Of a stretch of 64,000 nucleotides of DNA, positions 52,782 to 64,000 are shown piece by piece (position 1 is the stretch's first letter; every line of letters begins with the position of its first letter). This DNA comes from Vicugna vicugna (Eukaryota), in assembly GCA_013265495.1 (NCBI GenBank), contig MU058463.1, positions 4,424,244 to 4,488,243 of the forward strand, given 5' to 3'. The notes beneath the pieces are model-generated. The model had not been told where the DNA came from. It made no database searches and saw nothing but the letters and a program-made list of their open reading frames with translations. The position numbers were made by a program, and so were the translations under genes.

Positions 52782-53804
52782 TATGGTGGCAGAAGTTCTT
52801 GGATGGGTCTTTGACATCACACACCTCCCAATCCCTGGAACCTGTGGATGTGCTGAGCTTCACTTCCTTGGTTGTATTATGGTATGTGGTGTATCAGTTT
52901 GCTAAGACTGCTATAACAACACATCACAAACCAGATAGCTTAAAACAACAAGAAGATATTGCCTCACAGCACTGGAAGCTAGATGTCTGAAATCAAGGTG
53001 TTGCCAGGGCCATGCTCCCTCTGAGACTCTGGGTGGAATCCTTCCTTGCCTCTTCCTAGGTTCTGGTGGGGCCGGGCAATCCTTGGTGTTCCTTGACTTA
53101 CAGATACCTCAGTCAGTCTCTACCTTCACCTTTAGATGGCATTTTCCCTGTGTGTCTTCACATCATTTTCCTTCTGTGCTGGTGTCTATGTCCAAATTTC
53201 CTTTTTTTTTTTTTTTGATAAGGATACCAGTCAATGAGCTCACTTTAACTTGATTACCTCTTTAAAGACCCTAATTCTAAATAAGGTCACATTGTAATGT
53301 ACTATGGGATAAGACTTGAACATCTTTTTTAGGGGGGACACAACTGAACCCATAACATAATGTACAGTTAACCTTAGAAAAGGGAGATTACATGAGCCTT
53401 TAAAAGCAGAGAACTTTCTCTGCCTGGTGGCAGAGGAAGAAGTGAGAGATTGGAAGTATGAGTGGGATTTGATGTGCCATTGCTGACTTGAAGATGGGGT
53501 GGGCCATGAATCAAGGAATATGGGTGCCCTCTGGGACAGAGGGTGGACTCTGGTTGGCAGTCATCAAGGAAAGGGGCCTCAGACATAGAGCCACAAGGAA
53601 GCAAGGGTTCTGCCAACGACCTGAATGGTTTTGACAGTGGATTCTTCTGAGCCTTCAGATAATAGTCAGTCAACATCTTGATTTTGGCCTCATGAGAACT
53701 TAGCTGAGTCCACCTTCTGATCTACAGAACTGTGAAATATGTGAATGATGTTTTAAGTCACTAAGTTTAGGGTAATTTTTATATAGCTGTAAAAAACTGA
53801 TTCA
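52782..53804 (+). mobile_element. MLT1E-like MaLR LTR, split by an MLT1C insertion
   Basis: ccaatccctggaacctgtg before 52890; atgagccttttaaaagcagag and tgttttaagtcactaagttt...aactgattca after 53357. Confidence 0.8.
52890..53357 (-). mobile_element. MLT1C-like MaLR solo LTR
   Basis: tgtatcagtttgctaagactgctataaca ... aaatcaaggtgttgccagggccatgctccctctg ... gaacccataaca. Confidence 0.88.
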
Positions 53805-55279
53805 GTAAAGTACAGAGTGCTGTGAGCTCATCTCTAGAGTTTATGCTAAGAGAGCCACACTGGGGTCCAGAATGATTCTTAAATGACAGTTTCCCCTAGC
53901 CTACGAGAGCTACTGACACAACCAGATTCAGGGGGACAGCAGTGGCAACAGATTCTGGAAATTGCTGGAAGCTAAGGGACAGTTCAAAAATTCACTGTGC
54001 TGTGAAAGGGCACCCGAAGCCACTACTGAGCCCTGCTAAAGGCTGTTTCCTGGGAGAGCCAAAATAAACGTATCGATAGCAGCCATCACTGGAAGCAATG
54101 GCGACTGTTTTAATTGGAAACTTCTAGTCTTTTACATTATTGCTCCTAGAAATAGGAGATTGCCAGAGATCAGTTAAGTAGCCCCAGACAAAAATTTAAG
54201 AGTCAGAGAGGGAACTGGAGGAATAACTAGGAACAAGAGAAGTCTTATCACACAAACGGGGCACATATGGTAGGGATCAGGCAGAAGCCGGCACTTGAGG
54301 GCAAACAGATCTTCAAGGCCTCACTTGGGACAAACTGGATAACACCCGCAGGGCAGCCAGACTAGGGGGTGGGGCTAAAGTTCCTGTACATGGCAGGGCT
54401 TGCTTATTAAATGAAGGGCTTGCTGGGCTGAGCAAGCAGCATGGAAATCTCCAACCCTCACCCTCGGGCAGGAGCATGGGCATTTGGGAGTTGACCTGAT
54501 ATGGTTAGAGACCCAGAAATCCTGATGAAATCTCTTATCAATGCAGAATCCTGAAATGGAACCTGACATTCATAGTCTCAGCTTCTCAGGGTATTATTTG
54601 GGCTTGGAAAAGCAGTACAGACATGTCTGTTTCCTTAGATCCTCTAATTTCTAAATCACTGTTTTCCCTGGATGATGCATTTTTATCCTATGCTAAATAA
54701 GAAGAATCCAGTGTAACTGTTTCAATCGAAAGTGAAGGTTTCATGCTGGATTGTGAAATAGAATTTGGCTTTTTATTTATATCCAGTTTAAAGTTATGTG
54801 CCAGTAACTTATGAAGTCAACTTAATTTGAAGGAAATGACCGCTTAAGAACTGCTTGTTCTCAGCTTCTATAATTCTTCCTTCCCCTCACCCGGGGTCAT
54901 TGGTCCCTTCAGCACAATAAGCCTGGTCCAAGCACCTGGACGTAGCCTGACCATGGTCAAGTTAGGTGTAAGGGCTGATGATTCAGCCTCAAGTCACTGT
55001 TGCTGCTCAGCTGGCCCTGCCCTTGGTCCCCAGAATCTACTCCTAGGCTCTGCACCACCTCACCTCCGTAGACCGGTCCAGGTCCTGAGTGGCCCCCTTG
55101 AGCTGCAATCATTCAAACCTAGCCTGCTCTGCAGTTCTTCTGGGTGTCTTCCCCTGGCCAGGCCGCAGTGACTGATCCTTACTCTGAACCCCCTTAGTAC
55201 TTGATATCTGCAGTTATCCAACACTTAGCATAAGCTACCTTGTGAAGGTATTTATGTTTTTTTTTTTAAATCTAAATTC

Positions 55280-55415
55280 ATTGACATTTTAGAGCTATGA
55301 AAGTTCTAGGCAGGCATTTAGTCTCATCTCCCCATTTTCAGAATATGAAACAGGCCCTGAAGAAATCAAGTATTGGGGTAAAATCGTACTGAGGAAGAGC
55401 CAAAACTAGAATTAT
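55280..55415 (-). mobile_element. MIR fragment
   Basis: ctccccattttcagaatatgaaacaggccctgaagaaatcaagt. Confidence 0.6.
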
Positions 55416-58400
55416 ATGAAATAACACTGCTATTTTCTGTTACTTTTGTTGTGCAATGATACCGTATTTGTTTTGTATTCTTACTGGAGTGTCAGCCCCT
55501 CAATGATCAAGGACCTAGCTTTGTTTCCTCTAAAGGTGTGTGTCCTTATAGTAGGTAAAACATACTGCTGTCGTTAGTGAGAAAGCTTACTGATAGATAT
55601 CTTAGTCACCTTCCATGGCTAGTTAAAGGTCATAATGGTCATGGCTGCCTTTATTTATACCCTGAGGATTGACATCAGTTACATAAGTTATTTTTCCTTT
55701 ACTGACTTCATGCAGATATTGTCCAAATTTTAGCTTCCCTGTAAGTCAGTTAGGAACTAATCCTGTAGTAAAATTCCATATGGGTAATAATTTTGACAGA
55801 AGAATAGAAGTAGCCAAAATACATTTCTGTAAAAGATAGGAGAAACACCTAAAGTATTACATATTAGTCAATTTTATCAGCTTCATTTTCATTGAGAACA
55901 CAGGCATACTTGAATTAGAAAGGTTAATATAAGTACTAGAGATTTGATAATAGGATAGAATTTTTGTTAAGATGTATATTGACTATGAGGCGTTTTGACC
56001 CCACATTTATGGCTGAATATACTGCACCATAATAATGTACATGTAAAAAGGTTTCTTAACATCTCATTAATATAAAACAGATTGCTATTTGCTGTAGTCT
56101 AGTAATAAGGCCTATTAATAAATTTAGTCAGAAATCTAGATTTAATTGGCATACTTCAAATTACTGATGTTCCTTGATTAGAAATGTTATCTCTGGGGTA
56201 CCACTGTTAAGATAAAAAAGCAACAAATTTGACATGAATATTTATTTAAAGGAATTTGAGTTACTTGGGCATGAATTGAACACTTTTCTGGTAAGTTATT
56301 AGTGTCTGTTCCACATCAAGGAACAGAATTTTATTCAGCAGTCCCCTTTCCCCTCTTACCTTTAAAAAATGACTACTATTGCGTGAGAGCTTCCTGATGG
56401 AAACATGAAGCAGTTGTTCAGTGCTCTTTACTGAATTTGGCAACAGACATTCAAGTGTTAAAGTATTTATTTGTGAGCTTTCTACTGACTCATCAGTGGG
56501 GTCATGGAATGAACAACTGAATAGAAAATTGCAATAAGGAGTCACCAAAAAGTAACAGCTTGGATCAACCCTGGTTCTTGATGGAGAATAGGATGTAGTT
56601 TATAAAGGGACCTTGAAGGCCCCCCCTTGGTGTGTCTAACTGTGGAGTTAGGAGTCACAGGCTTGAGGAGCATGGGGGAAACTACACAGCCATGTCAACA
56701 ATTCAGACAACTGGTGAGCAGCAGGCAGGAAGACTCCCCTCCCCCTCCCCCTCCGCTTGCAGCAAAACCACATCAATTGGCAAGTTTGGCAGTGATGCTG
56801 GGTAGCAGGTTTTTTTCCTGCAAATGCTGAGTCTAATCTAAACCAATACTATTTTAAAAAAATTTCCTGGAATTGGCTTAATCAACAATGCATTTTAAAG
56901 TCAGTTTATCCATAGAATTAAACGTCCTGCAGTGAGGCGCAGCAGTCTCTTAGAAGGCAGTTGACCCTTTCAGGGCTGTGGCCAGCACACACAGCCAGAA
57001 TCAGGTTTGCTTCCCAAACCAGGATATGCCGGTGGCAGCTGTGGTTCCCCCTCACCAGGGAGATTGTGGGGCGGCTTCTGCTTAAGGTCATTCAGGGCTC
57101 AGTGTCACATGCAGTATAATGCTGGGGAAATAAAACCCAAAACATAAACATTTTTGGAAAATAGTCGTGCATAATGAATCACAGAAGAACAGGAATTTCT
57201 TTCTAAGGAGGACACACGTTTTTAAGTTTCCTTTTTTTAGTCCAGTAATTAGGTTGCCCATATGAGAAATCTGTTGCAATTTTCAAATTTAATAGTTATA
57301 AAGTGAAATAAAATGTCAAGTTATAAATAAACTCTACTGTTCTAGATAAAAAGAGAAAAGTATGGGCTGAAACTGGTCCACCTTAACACAGTTGCATGTT
57401 TGAGCTGTTTCCTGGAGATCCTCCCGGGCTCCAGTTTCTGCTATCCCTGGGCGGAAGTGATTGTCGGTCTTGGGTGTGCTTTTTCCTACTACGGGAAGCC
57501 CTCCTTCTCATCCTCAGTACCTTTCCAGTCAGCTAAATGTTCGCTTTTGCTCCTCACTCTCGATGAAAAATCCCCTTTACAGAGGGGGCCCACTGTGGGA
57601 CTGAGATCCTTTGATGGAACAATTGGTGGAGCATGATGTAGATAAATGAGCAGACGGTGACTTACAGCACCCAGCACACCTGTTGGATCTATGCTGGTAA
57701 TTAAAAGTTCAGTTTGTAACTTGCTTGTAAAAATCCTGGTTGTTTTGCTTTCCAAATATGAGTCATTAACTGGCTTGAAAATGAAAAATCTTTTCCTCTT
57801 ACCTTAGTTTCTCTTACTTCAAAATGAATAAAAGGAAAAAGAAAAGAAACCAAACCAAACCAAAAATACCTGCCAAGCCTTACTTGAAAGGCTGTACTGA
57901 GCAGGCCAAAATATTCTATGATGCTAAATAAAATAATTGGTAACAGGTGGCTAGTTAAGTTCCACCAGCCGTAATCATGAAGACAAAGAGAACTTTCATG
58001 ATCGAGGTCAGGGTCTTCAGCATACTTCTGATGTGAATGGAAGCTTTGTAAGGGTGAGGGATAAGAATACAATGGAATACTGTATCAGCAGAATGATGCC
58101 AAATGCTGGGAAAACTAAAAAATTATAGTCATTTTTAATTTATAAAGGTATCTTAGATTCCTTGTAATAAATTCTTATTTTATTTCCCACTTTTTACTCA
58201 TAGGTGTTAGATTTTATATAATTAGAGAGAAGATCCATTTTCTTTACTAATTATGAGATGACTGATGACCATAGTCAAAGCAAAATTATTTGGGGAAGCA
58301 TAATTTGTTCTTACTTAAAGTGATGACAAGTGTTGTTTCGATTATTCTGTAATGAGTCTTTGAAAAGAGACAATTGCTTTATTAATAAATTTATTTTAGT

Positions 58401-58845
58401 GCAATATTTGCTTCTTGAAGCCATGTTAGAGACAATGAGGCTAAGTATTCAACTTGATAGATACTTGATTACAAGCTACAAGTTACACAATTGCAGAGTT
58501 GGTGGAAATAAAAACAAACCTTAAGCAAATCAGACAGATAAGTTTTGACTCCGTGTTTAAAAAAAAAAAAGTCAGAGTATGATTGCTCATAAGGACTTTG
58601 GTGGAATTTTCCAGTATTTGGCATCACTTTCTGTGTTACTAGTGTTGTAACTCTCCATGAATTTCATATTCTTTTCTCCTACTCTTAGTATTGTTGTAGG
58701 GGGAAATCAAAAGGAAAAGTGCCTTTACTCCTCTTCCTGCTTAAGACAGTGCATTTCTCCCCTTCCATTTATTGCCATGCTTCTTCAAAATTACTGTATC
58801 GTGCCATGTATGTATTGTTCTCTGTTTCCTTGGAATCTTATCACA

Positions 58846-59090
58846 ATAAATAATAATAAATCATAGCAGCAAACATTCACATAGAGCTTGTGTCAGGCAG
58901 TGGTCTCAACACTTTAAACACATTAACTCATATGATTCTCACGTCAACTCTCTGAATAGGTTCTATCATTATTTCCATTTAATAGATGTGGACACTGAGG
59001 CAGAGAGAGAATAAATAATCTGGCTAAGAGAAAGAACAGATGATCACAGAGCTAGCAAAGGTGCACCCAGGATGCAAGCCCACTCCAGAG
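58846..59090 (-). mobile_element. MIR SINE
   Basis: aataataaatcatagcagcaaacattcacatagagc, ccatttaatagatgtggacactgaggcagagaga. Confidence 0.8.
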
Positions 59091-59399
59091 TTAACTAGGC
59101 TACCTCCCACTCAGGGGTTACATGATCTCTTAATTACCGTATCGAATATCGGATGCTTTTTTTTTTTAGTTCTCCTGTTGCTTAGCATGGTGATATTATG
59201 TGCCACATGTAGTCTTCCTCTTTCAATCTACCCTTGGATTCTGTGACCATGAAATCTTCTGGTTCTTCTAGTTATCTGCCTTCTTCATTTCTGTGTGGAT
59301 TTTATTATATTTTTACTTTTGGGAGATGCCCTATTTTTCATATATTTACCAAGACACTGTCCTCATGCTTCTCATTTATTTTCCCAATCTTACTACATT

Positions 59400-59720
59400 T
59401 CCTCTGGGAATCTCTTCATCTATGACCACTTTGTCTTGATGATTCTCATGTATTTATTACCATCCCCAATCTCTGCCAGAACTATCTGCTACATCTCTCT
59501 CTTTTCTGAAATATGCCATAGGGAATTTAAAGACAACAGGTCCCCAAATTCATTATTTTCATCATCCCCTTCCCTCCCCAATTTAACCCTTCATTCTGTG
59601 TCTGCATCTCAATTCACATAGCACTACTTCCCTTCCATCTTTCCAGATTAGGTACCATTGGAGTTATCCTCAAAAGCTCTCTTCCCCTCATTCTTTGGGG
59701 ATAGTCAGTAATAAAGAATT
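59400..59720 (+). mobile_element. L2 fragment
   Basis: tatgaccactttgtcttgatgattctcatg, ccattggagttatcctcaa; degenerate. Confidence 0.5.
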
Positions 59721-62700
59721 TTAGACAGAACGAACAATTTGAGGGAAAGATAGAGATAGGAATGTTCTTGGCATGCTAAGGGAATCCTGAGTAGCATAGA
59801 GGGTCAAAGAAGGAAGGGTGAACCTAGGAAAGAAATGATCAGAAGAGGGTGATTGAATATGGTTTATTGACCTTCAAATGGAAGTGTTCTGTGAAGTCAA
59901 AGTGTGTCATTGATTAACTGGCTTTTCATCAAAAGGCTTCTCTTCTTTAGCGTATCCCAGCCTTGGTGAAGATATTAAAGTCAGATCTGATTTTTATTCC
60001 TGCAGTTCCAGAACCTTGTCATTACTAGTATGTCTAGAGACCAAGAGACTCTCAGAGATGGACTGACACCTACCAAGGCAGCATCAGCCAGTCATGGGGA
60101 CTAGAAGTAGAAATTAAGCCTGGGAGAGGGGGACCTCCATTTCCAGGGCTTATGTCCCCTGTGCAGGACACCACCCCAAGCATCAAGCCACTTGGGAAGC
60201 CAATCCAGTCCTCAAAGCACCTTGTGAGCCTGGAGAGAGAGTAAGGATGGAAAATAGCCTGGAAGCAGGGAGCGTGGTTTCTCCTCCATCCCTCTATTCC
60301 AAGAATTGATGAATTACTAGTGGCTAGCATCTGCCTCTCCTGCACCTTGCCAAGCACACTGGCCAAAGTTTACTTCTGCGAATTCTATTCCATATCCTCA
60401 TCCTGGCCATCTTCCTTCAAGCACATGCTCTCGGCAGGTTGATATCACTGGTTTGCTAGAGGTGAGGAGAAAATTCCTTAGGATATATCTTTTACTGTAA
60501 GATCAAGTCTTTCCTCAATTTAGGGAGGTGGGATTTGGCAAATAAGTGACATTTTAGTGAGTCAGAATAGGCAAGTACTTTATCTTGAAAAGAGAATCCT
60601 AATGCTCAAGTAGGGTAGTGACCTGGCCTTTTGGGGGCCTCTGGCTGATGTCTGACTTAACAGAAAGGCAGTCTGGGTTGGGGAGAGCTGTGTCTGAGGA
60701 GGTGAAGGAGGGGAAAGAACCTCAAAGGAAAGGTGCTTGCTCACTAGCTTTGTGAAATCCTGTTTAGAGACTTAGCTATGAGGGCAGATTTGGGAGTTTC
60801 CTGGGTTTTCCAATTCAAGACATTTTCTTTTTATTTTGATAAAGCCAGAGTAAGAAAATATATTTTCTAAAAACACTCACTAACCTGTCAGCTTCTTTGC
60901 ATTTCTTTTAGGAGGCTGGCTTGTTTGTAAATTAAACAAGTCTCCTCCCACCCTCACCAGGCAGATAGAAAAGAGAGAACATCATAGTCTGGCCACCTCT
61001 GAGTCATTGTCACTCCCCTTGCGTGTTCTAGGGGCTCACATCATGAAGGTAGAAAACAGGTCATATCTCGGTGATGGGAAATATTTTGATATATTATTTC
61101 TCTTTGCTTTAGTTTTCTTTGTTTTGGTTTCTTCACTACGCTTCCTTTACACTTAGTCTGTTTTGTAAATTAAGAGTTGGCAATTTATCAATGAAAAGAA
61201 ACCATAAACTGCTAAAGAAAGCAGGGGGAGAAAATAGAACTAGTTAAACATAGAAATCTGAACATATGGTGGCCATATTTCCTGCACAAAACATTGGTAC
61301 ACACAGTCTGACCAGTGTGTGTCTGTCTAGGGACAGCAACACCGAATATATTATACCATGACTATTCCTGACAACTTGGCTTTGATGATTTCTACAGGTC
61401 TTAGAGCAAAAAACCTATTTGGGCACCTCCCACAGTCAGCTGCAGAGGGCTCAAATAGATCCTTGGAGAGGGTCCATTTAAACCCTTCATCTTTTGCTCT
61501 CAAGGGGATAGTGGCAGAGAAGGGTTATTTATTCTCCTATTCCTGTGAAAGCTTCAGCAGGCTTCGAATAGCAACATCTCTTACCAAAGTTTTCAGATGT
61601 TTTATAGAACAGATTTTTCTAATGTAGAAACTCCAGGAAAGCACCCATAAGGTTACCAAGAGCTCAAAACTGCACATCCTATTAGCCTTACTGTGCATTA
61701 AAAAGTTGATTAAAATCCAGCTTGATTCTTAAGTGCATCACAGTGCTCTTTCTATCTGAAAGAGATTTATGTAGAGTTATACACTTAAAAAGAGATGTGT
61801 GTTTCTCTACAGATTCCCTCCTCACTGTTGGTTCATAGCACCTTTCAAGCTGTTATGTATCTGTACACTTTTTTGAGTTGCAGTGGTTGGAAACATTTTT
61901 GTGACAATAAAAAAGATCTCCATAAAGAGCAGTCCTGTAAAAACACTCTTTCTCAATTGTCATTTGCATGCAAATTTCAATTTTTATCCTGTCCATATCG
62001 TATAAGACTAGGGTGATATTGAATGAGTAAGAATTGTGTTTTAGAATATATATAGTTTAGCCACATGCTCCTATTTTTATGCCTTTTATTTGAAGCCATT
62101 ATGAGCTCTTAAAACACATGAAAACACAGAATACTATGGAGATGGGAAGCTTAGGTTTTGTGAATGTGAAATAAAACATTCCTTGGTATGTCTTCTTTTA
62201 AAGTGTCGTCCAGTGTTCATTCCTGGGGGAAGTATTTTGGCTTTGATGTTTCAATAGGTCTGGAAGTCATTTTGCAAGTGCCTGTTTCCTCATTCTTTTT
62301 CTTGATTCTTGAGGGTATACCTCCTCCAAAGTCATAATGCTGATGGAAATTAAAAGACAACTTTGGGCCATGGGGAGGGAAAAGGCCTCTCCTACTCTTT
62401 GATCCCTGTCTTTCATTCCCCAATCCTCCTCAATAGGGGAGCTAGCATCCTATTTCTGCCAGTTGAACTTATTATAAGGCAAAGAAGAACATTAGTAATA
62501 AGATTTATAAGTTGTCCCAAGCTAGAGCCAGAAATTACAAAGGACATATTGGTCTCCAGGGTGAGGAATTCATTTTACTTTTAACTCAGGCAAGCCCCCT
62601 GAGAACTATAATAGGGAGAAAAGACTCAATTCCCACATCACAAGATGTTCCTGTTTTTAGTCAAGAAATAGCACATGTTCCCTGTCCCTTCACCCACTGC

Positions 62701-63162
62701 CTGTGTTCCCAAATTCCTGCACCATTGAAATTCCTGCTAGGATTTGGACCTCCAGTGTCAAATACAACCCCAAGCTGCGCTTAGCACCAGAAAGCAAATC
62801 GGTAGGTTGTAGTGTTCCCACTCCATTTATTACCAAGTAGATAGACTTGGAAATTGTTAAGTATCAATGTCTGGCTTTGTCTCAGAGAAGCACTCTTTAC
62901 TCCACTCCAGCAGCTGTGCCCCAAAATAAGCAATTGCCTCTTCCTTATAAAGAGTTTCCAAAATGCCTCACGTATGTGTCAGCATATATGGTACTCTCTT
63001 CAGATGTTCTCCATAAAAATATTAGAGCATAGAGTCTCTCAGTCTTATTTCTATTTTACCACCCTTTGTGTTGTACCATTACAAATTTCAGTGTAAAAAA
63101 TGAGTCTTCTCATTGACTCAGAGGGTAGCATTATGCACACAAATAACTTTGAGAATCCAGGC

Positions 63163-63659
63163 TGTGATGGTTAATTTTATATGTCAACTTGACTGGGCTA
63201 AGGCATAAGCCCAGCTAGTTGGTAAAACATTATTTCTGGATATGTCTGTGAGGGCGATTCAGGAAGAGATTAGCATTTGAATCGGTAGACTGAGTAGAGA
63301 AAATGGTCCTCCCTAATGCAGATGGGCACCCTCCAAGCCACTGAGTGTCTGAGTAGAACAGAAAGGCAGAGGAAGGGAGAATTTGCTCTGCTTTAGCTGG
63401 AATGTCCATGTTCTTCTGCCCTTAGACATTAGTGCTTCTAGTTCTCAGGTCTGTAGACTCATACTAGGACTTATACCATTGGCTCCACTGCGTTCTCAGG
63501 CCTTCAGGTTTGGACTAGAACTATACTACTGGATTTCCTGGGCCTCTAGCTTGCAGATGGCAGGATGATCTTGTGACTTCTCAGTCTTAATTGCATGACT
63601 CAAGCACTCATGTTGAATAGATATATATATATATATCTCCTATTAGTTCAACTAATAGA
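63163..63659 (+). mobile_element. MLT2B-like ERVL solo LTR
   Basis: tgtgatggttaattttatatgtcaacttgactgggctaagg...agattagcatttgaatcggtagactgagta...(ta)n ctcctattagttc. Confidence 0.9.
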
Positions 63660-63719
63660 TTTGCTAAATATCATAATGCAAGTTCATACTAGTCATGTGA
63701 CTAAAGACCTGAATAAGCA

Positions 63720-63875
63720 TATGTAGGTCAGGGGTTAAGAGAGAGCTCTGGAGTCAGGCTTTGTTGTTCACAGTACCTGTGCATATTGAGGAAATTATTT
63801 AACAGCTCATTGTTTCAAATTTCTCAGCTGTAAACTAAGAGTATGAATAATATTTACATAATAAGATTAGTTGCA
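63720..63875 (+). mobile_element. MIR SINE
   Basis: ggttaagagagagctctggagtcaggc, tttctcagctgtaaa. Confidence 0.7.
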
Positions 63876-63877
63876 CC

Positions 63878-64000
63878 TGTAGGTGAGCAAAGCTTGCCAT
63901 CTAAAATGTCTCCTTGGCATGTGGATTATTTGGAATTGAGAACAATCAAAACCCAAGAAGAATTTTGCCCTGTCCCATAACTGCCTAAAAGGATTTATAT
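63878..64000 (+). mobile_element. MER34-like ERV1 LTR, 5' part (runs off the window)
   Basis: tgtagg...gccatctaaaatgtctccttggcatgtggattattt...taactgcctaaaagg. Confidence 0.7.

Noticed and set aside
1..64000. Host-gene orientation from repeat strand bias
   Set aside because: L1 sequence is mostly minus-strand but most LTRs are plus-strand; the signals conflict and fit intergenic DNA, so no host gene is inferred

Overview
This window is AT-rich, CpG-poor mammalian genomic DNA. I can support no protein-coding gene, rRNA, true tRNA or CRISPR array; the listed ORFs are short chance frames or lie inside repeats. A tRNA-derived SINE (24601) and a young L1 3' end with a perfect TSD (20697) resemble camelid (alpaca/camel) elements, so the source is probably a camelid (inference). 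The window is mostly layered transposon remnants: L1, L2, MIR, MaLR/MLT1, MLT2/ERVL and ERV1 LTRs, and one hAT MITE, several of them nested. The most notable items are: (1) a composite ERV1 element with a short env remnant in which an SU-like motif is joined in frame to the TM anchor, followed by a PPT and LTR; (2) an internally deleted L1 with a solo LTR at the deletion junction; (3) a near-perfect 20-bp-stem hairpin in a repeat-poor block with three RUNX motifs; (4) candidate + strand exons; and (5) a SOX-dimer/AP-1/E-box motif cluster. Repeat family names come from my recall of consensus features, not from a database search, and most boundaries are approximate. I found no convincing new biological system.
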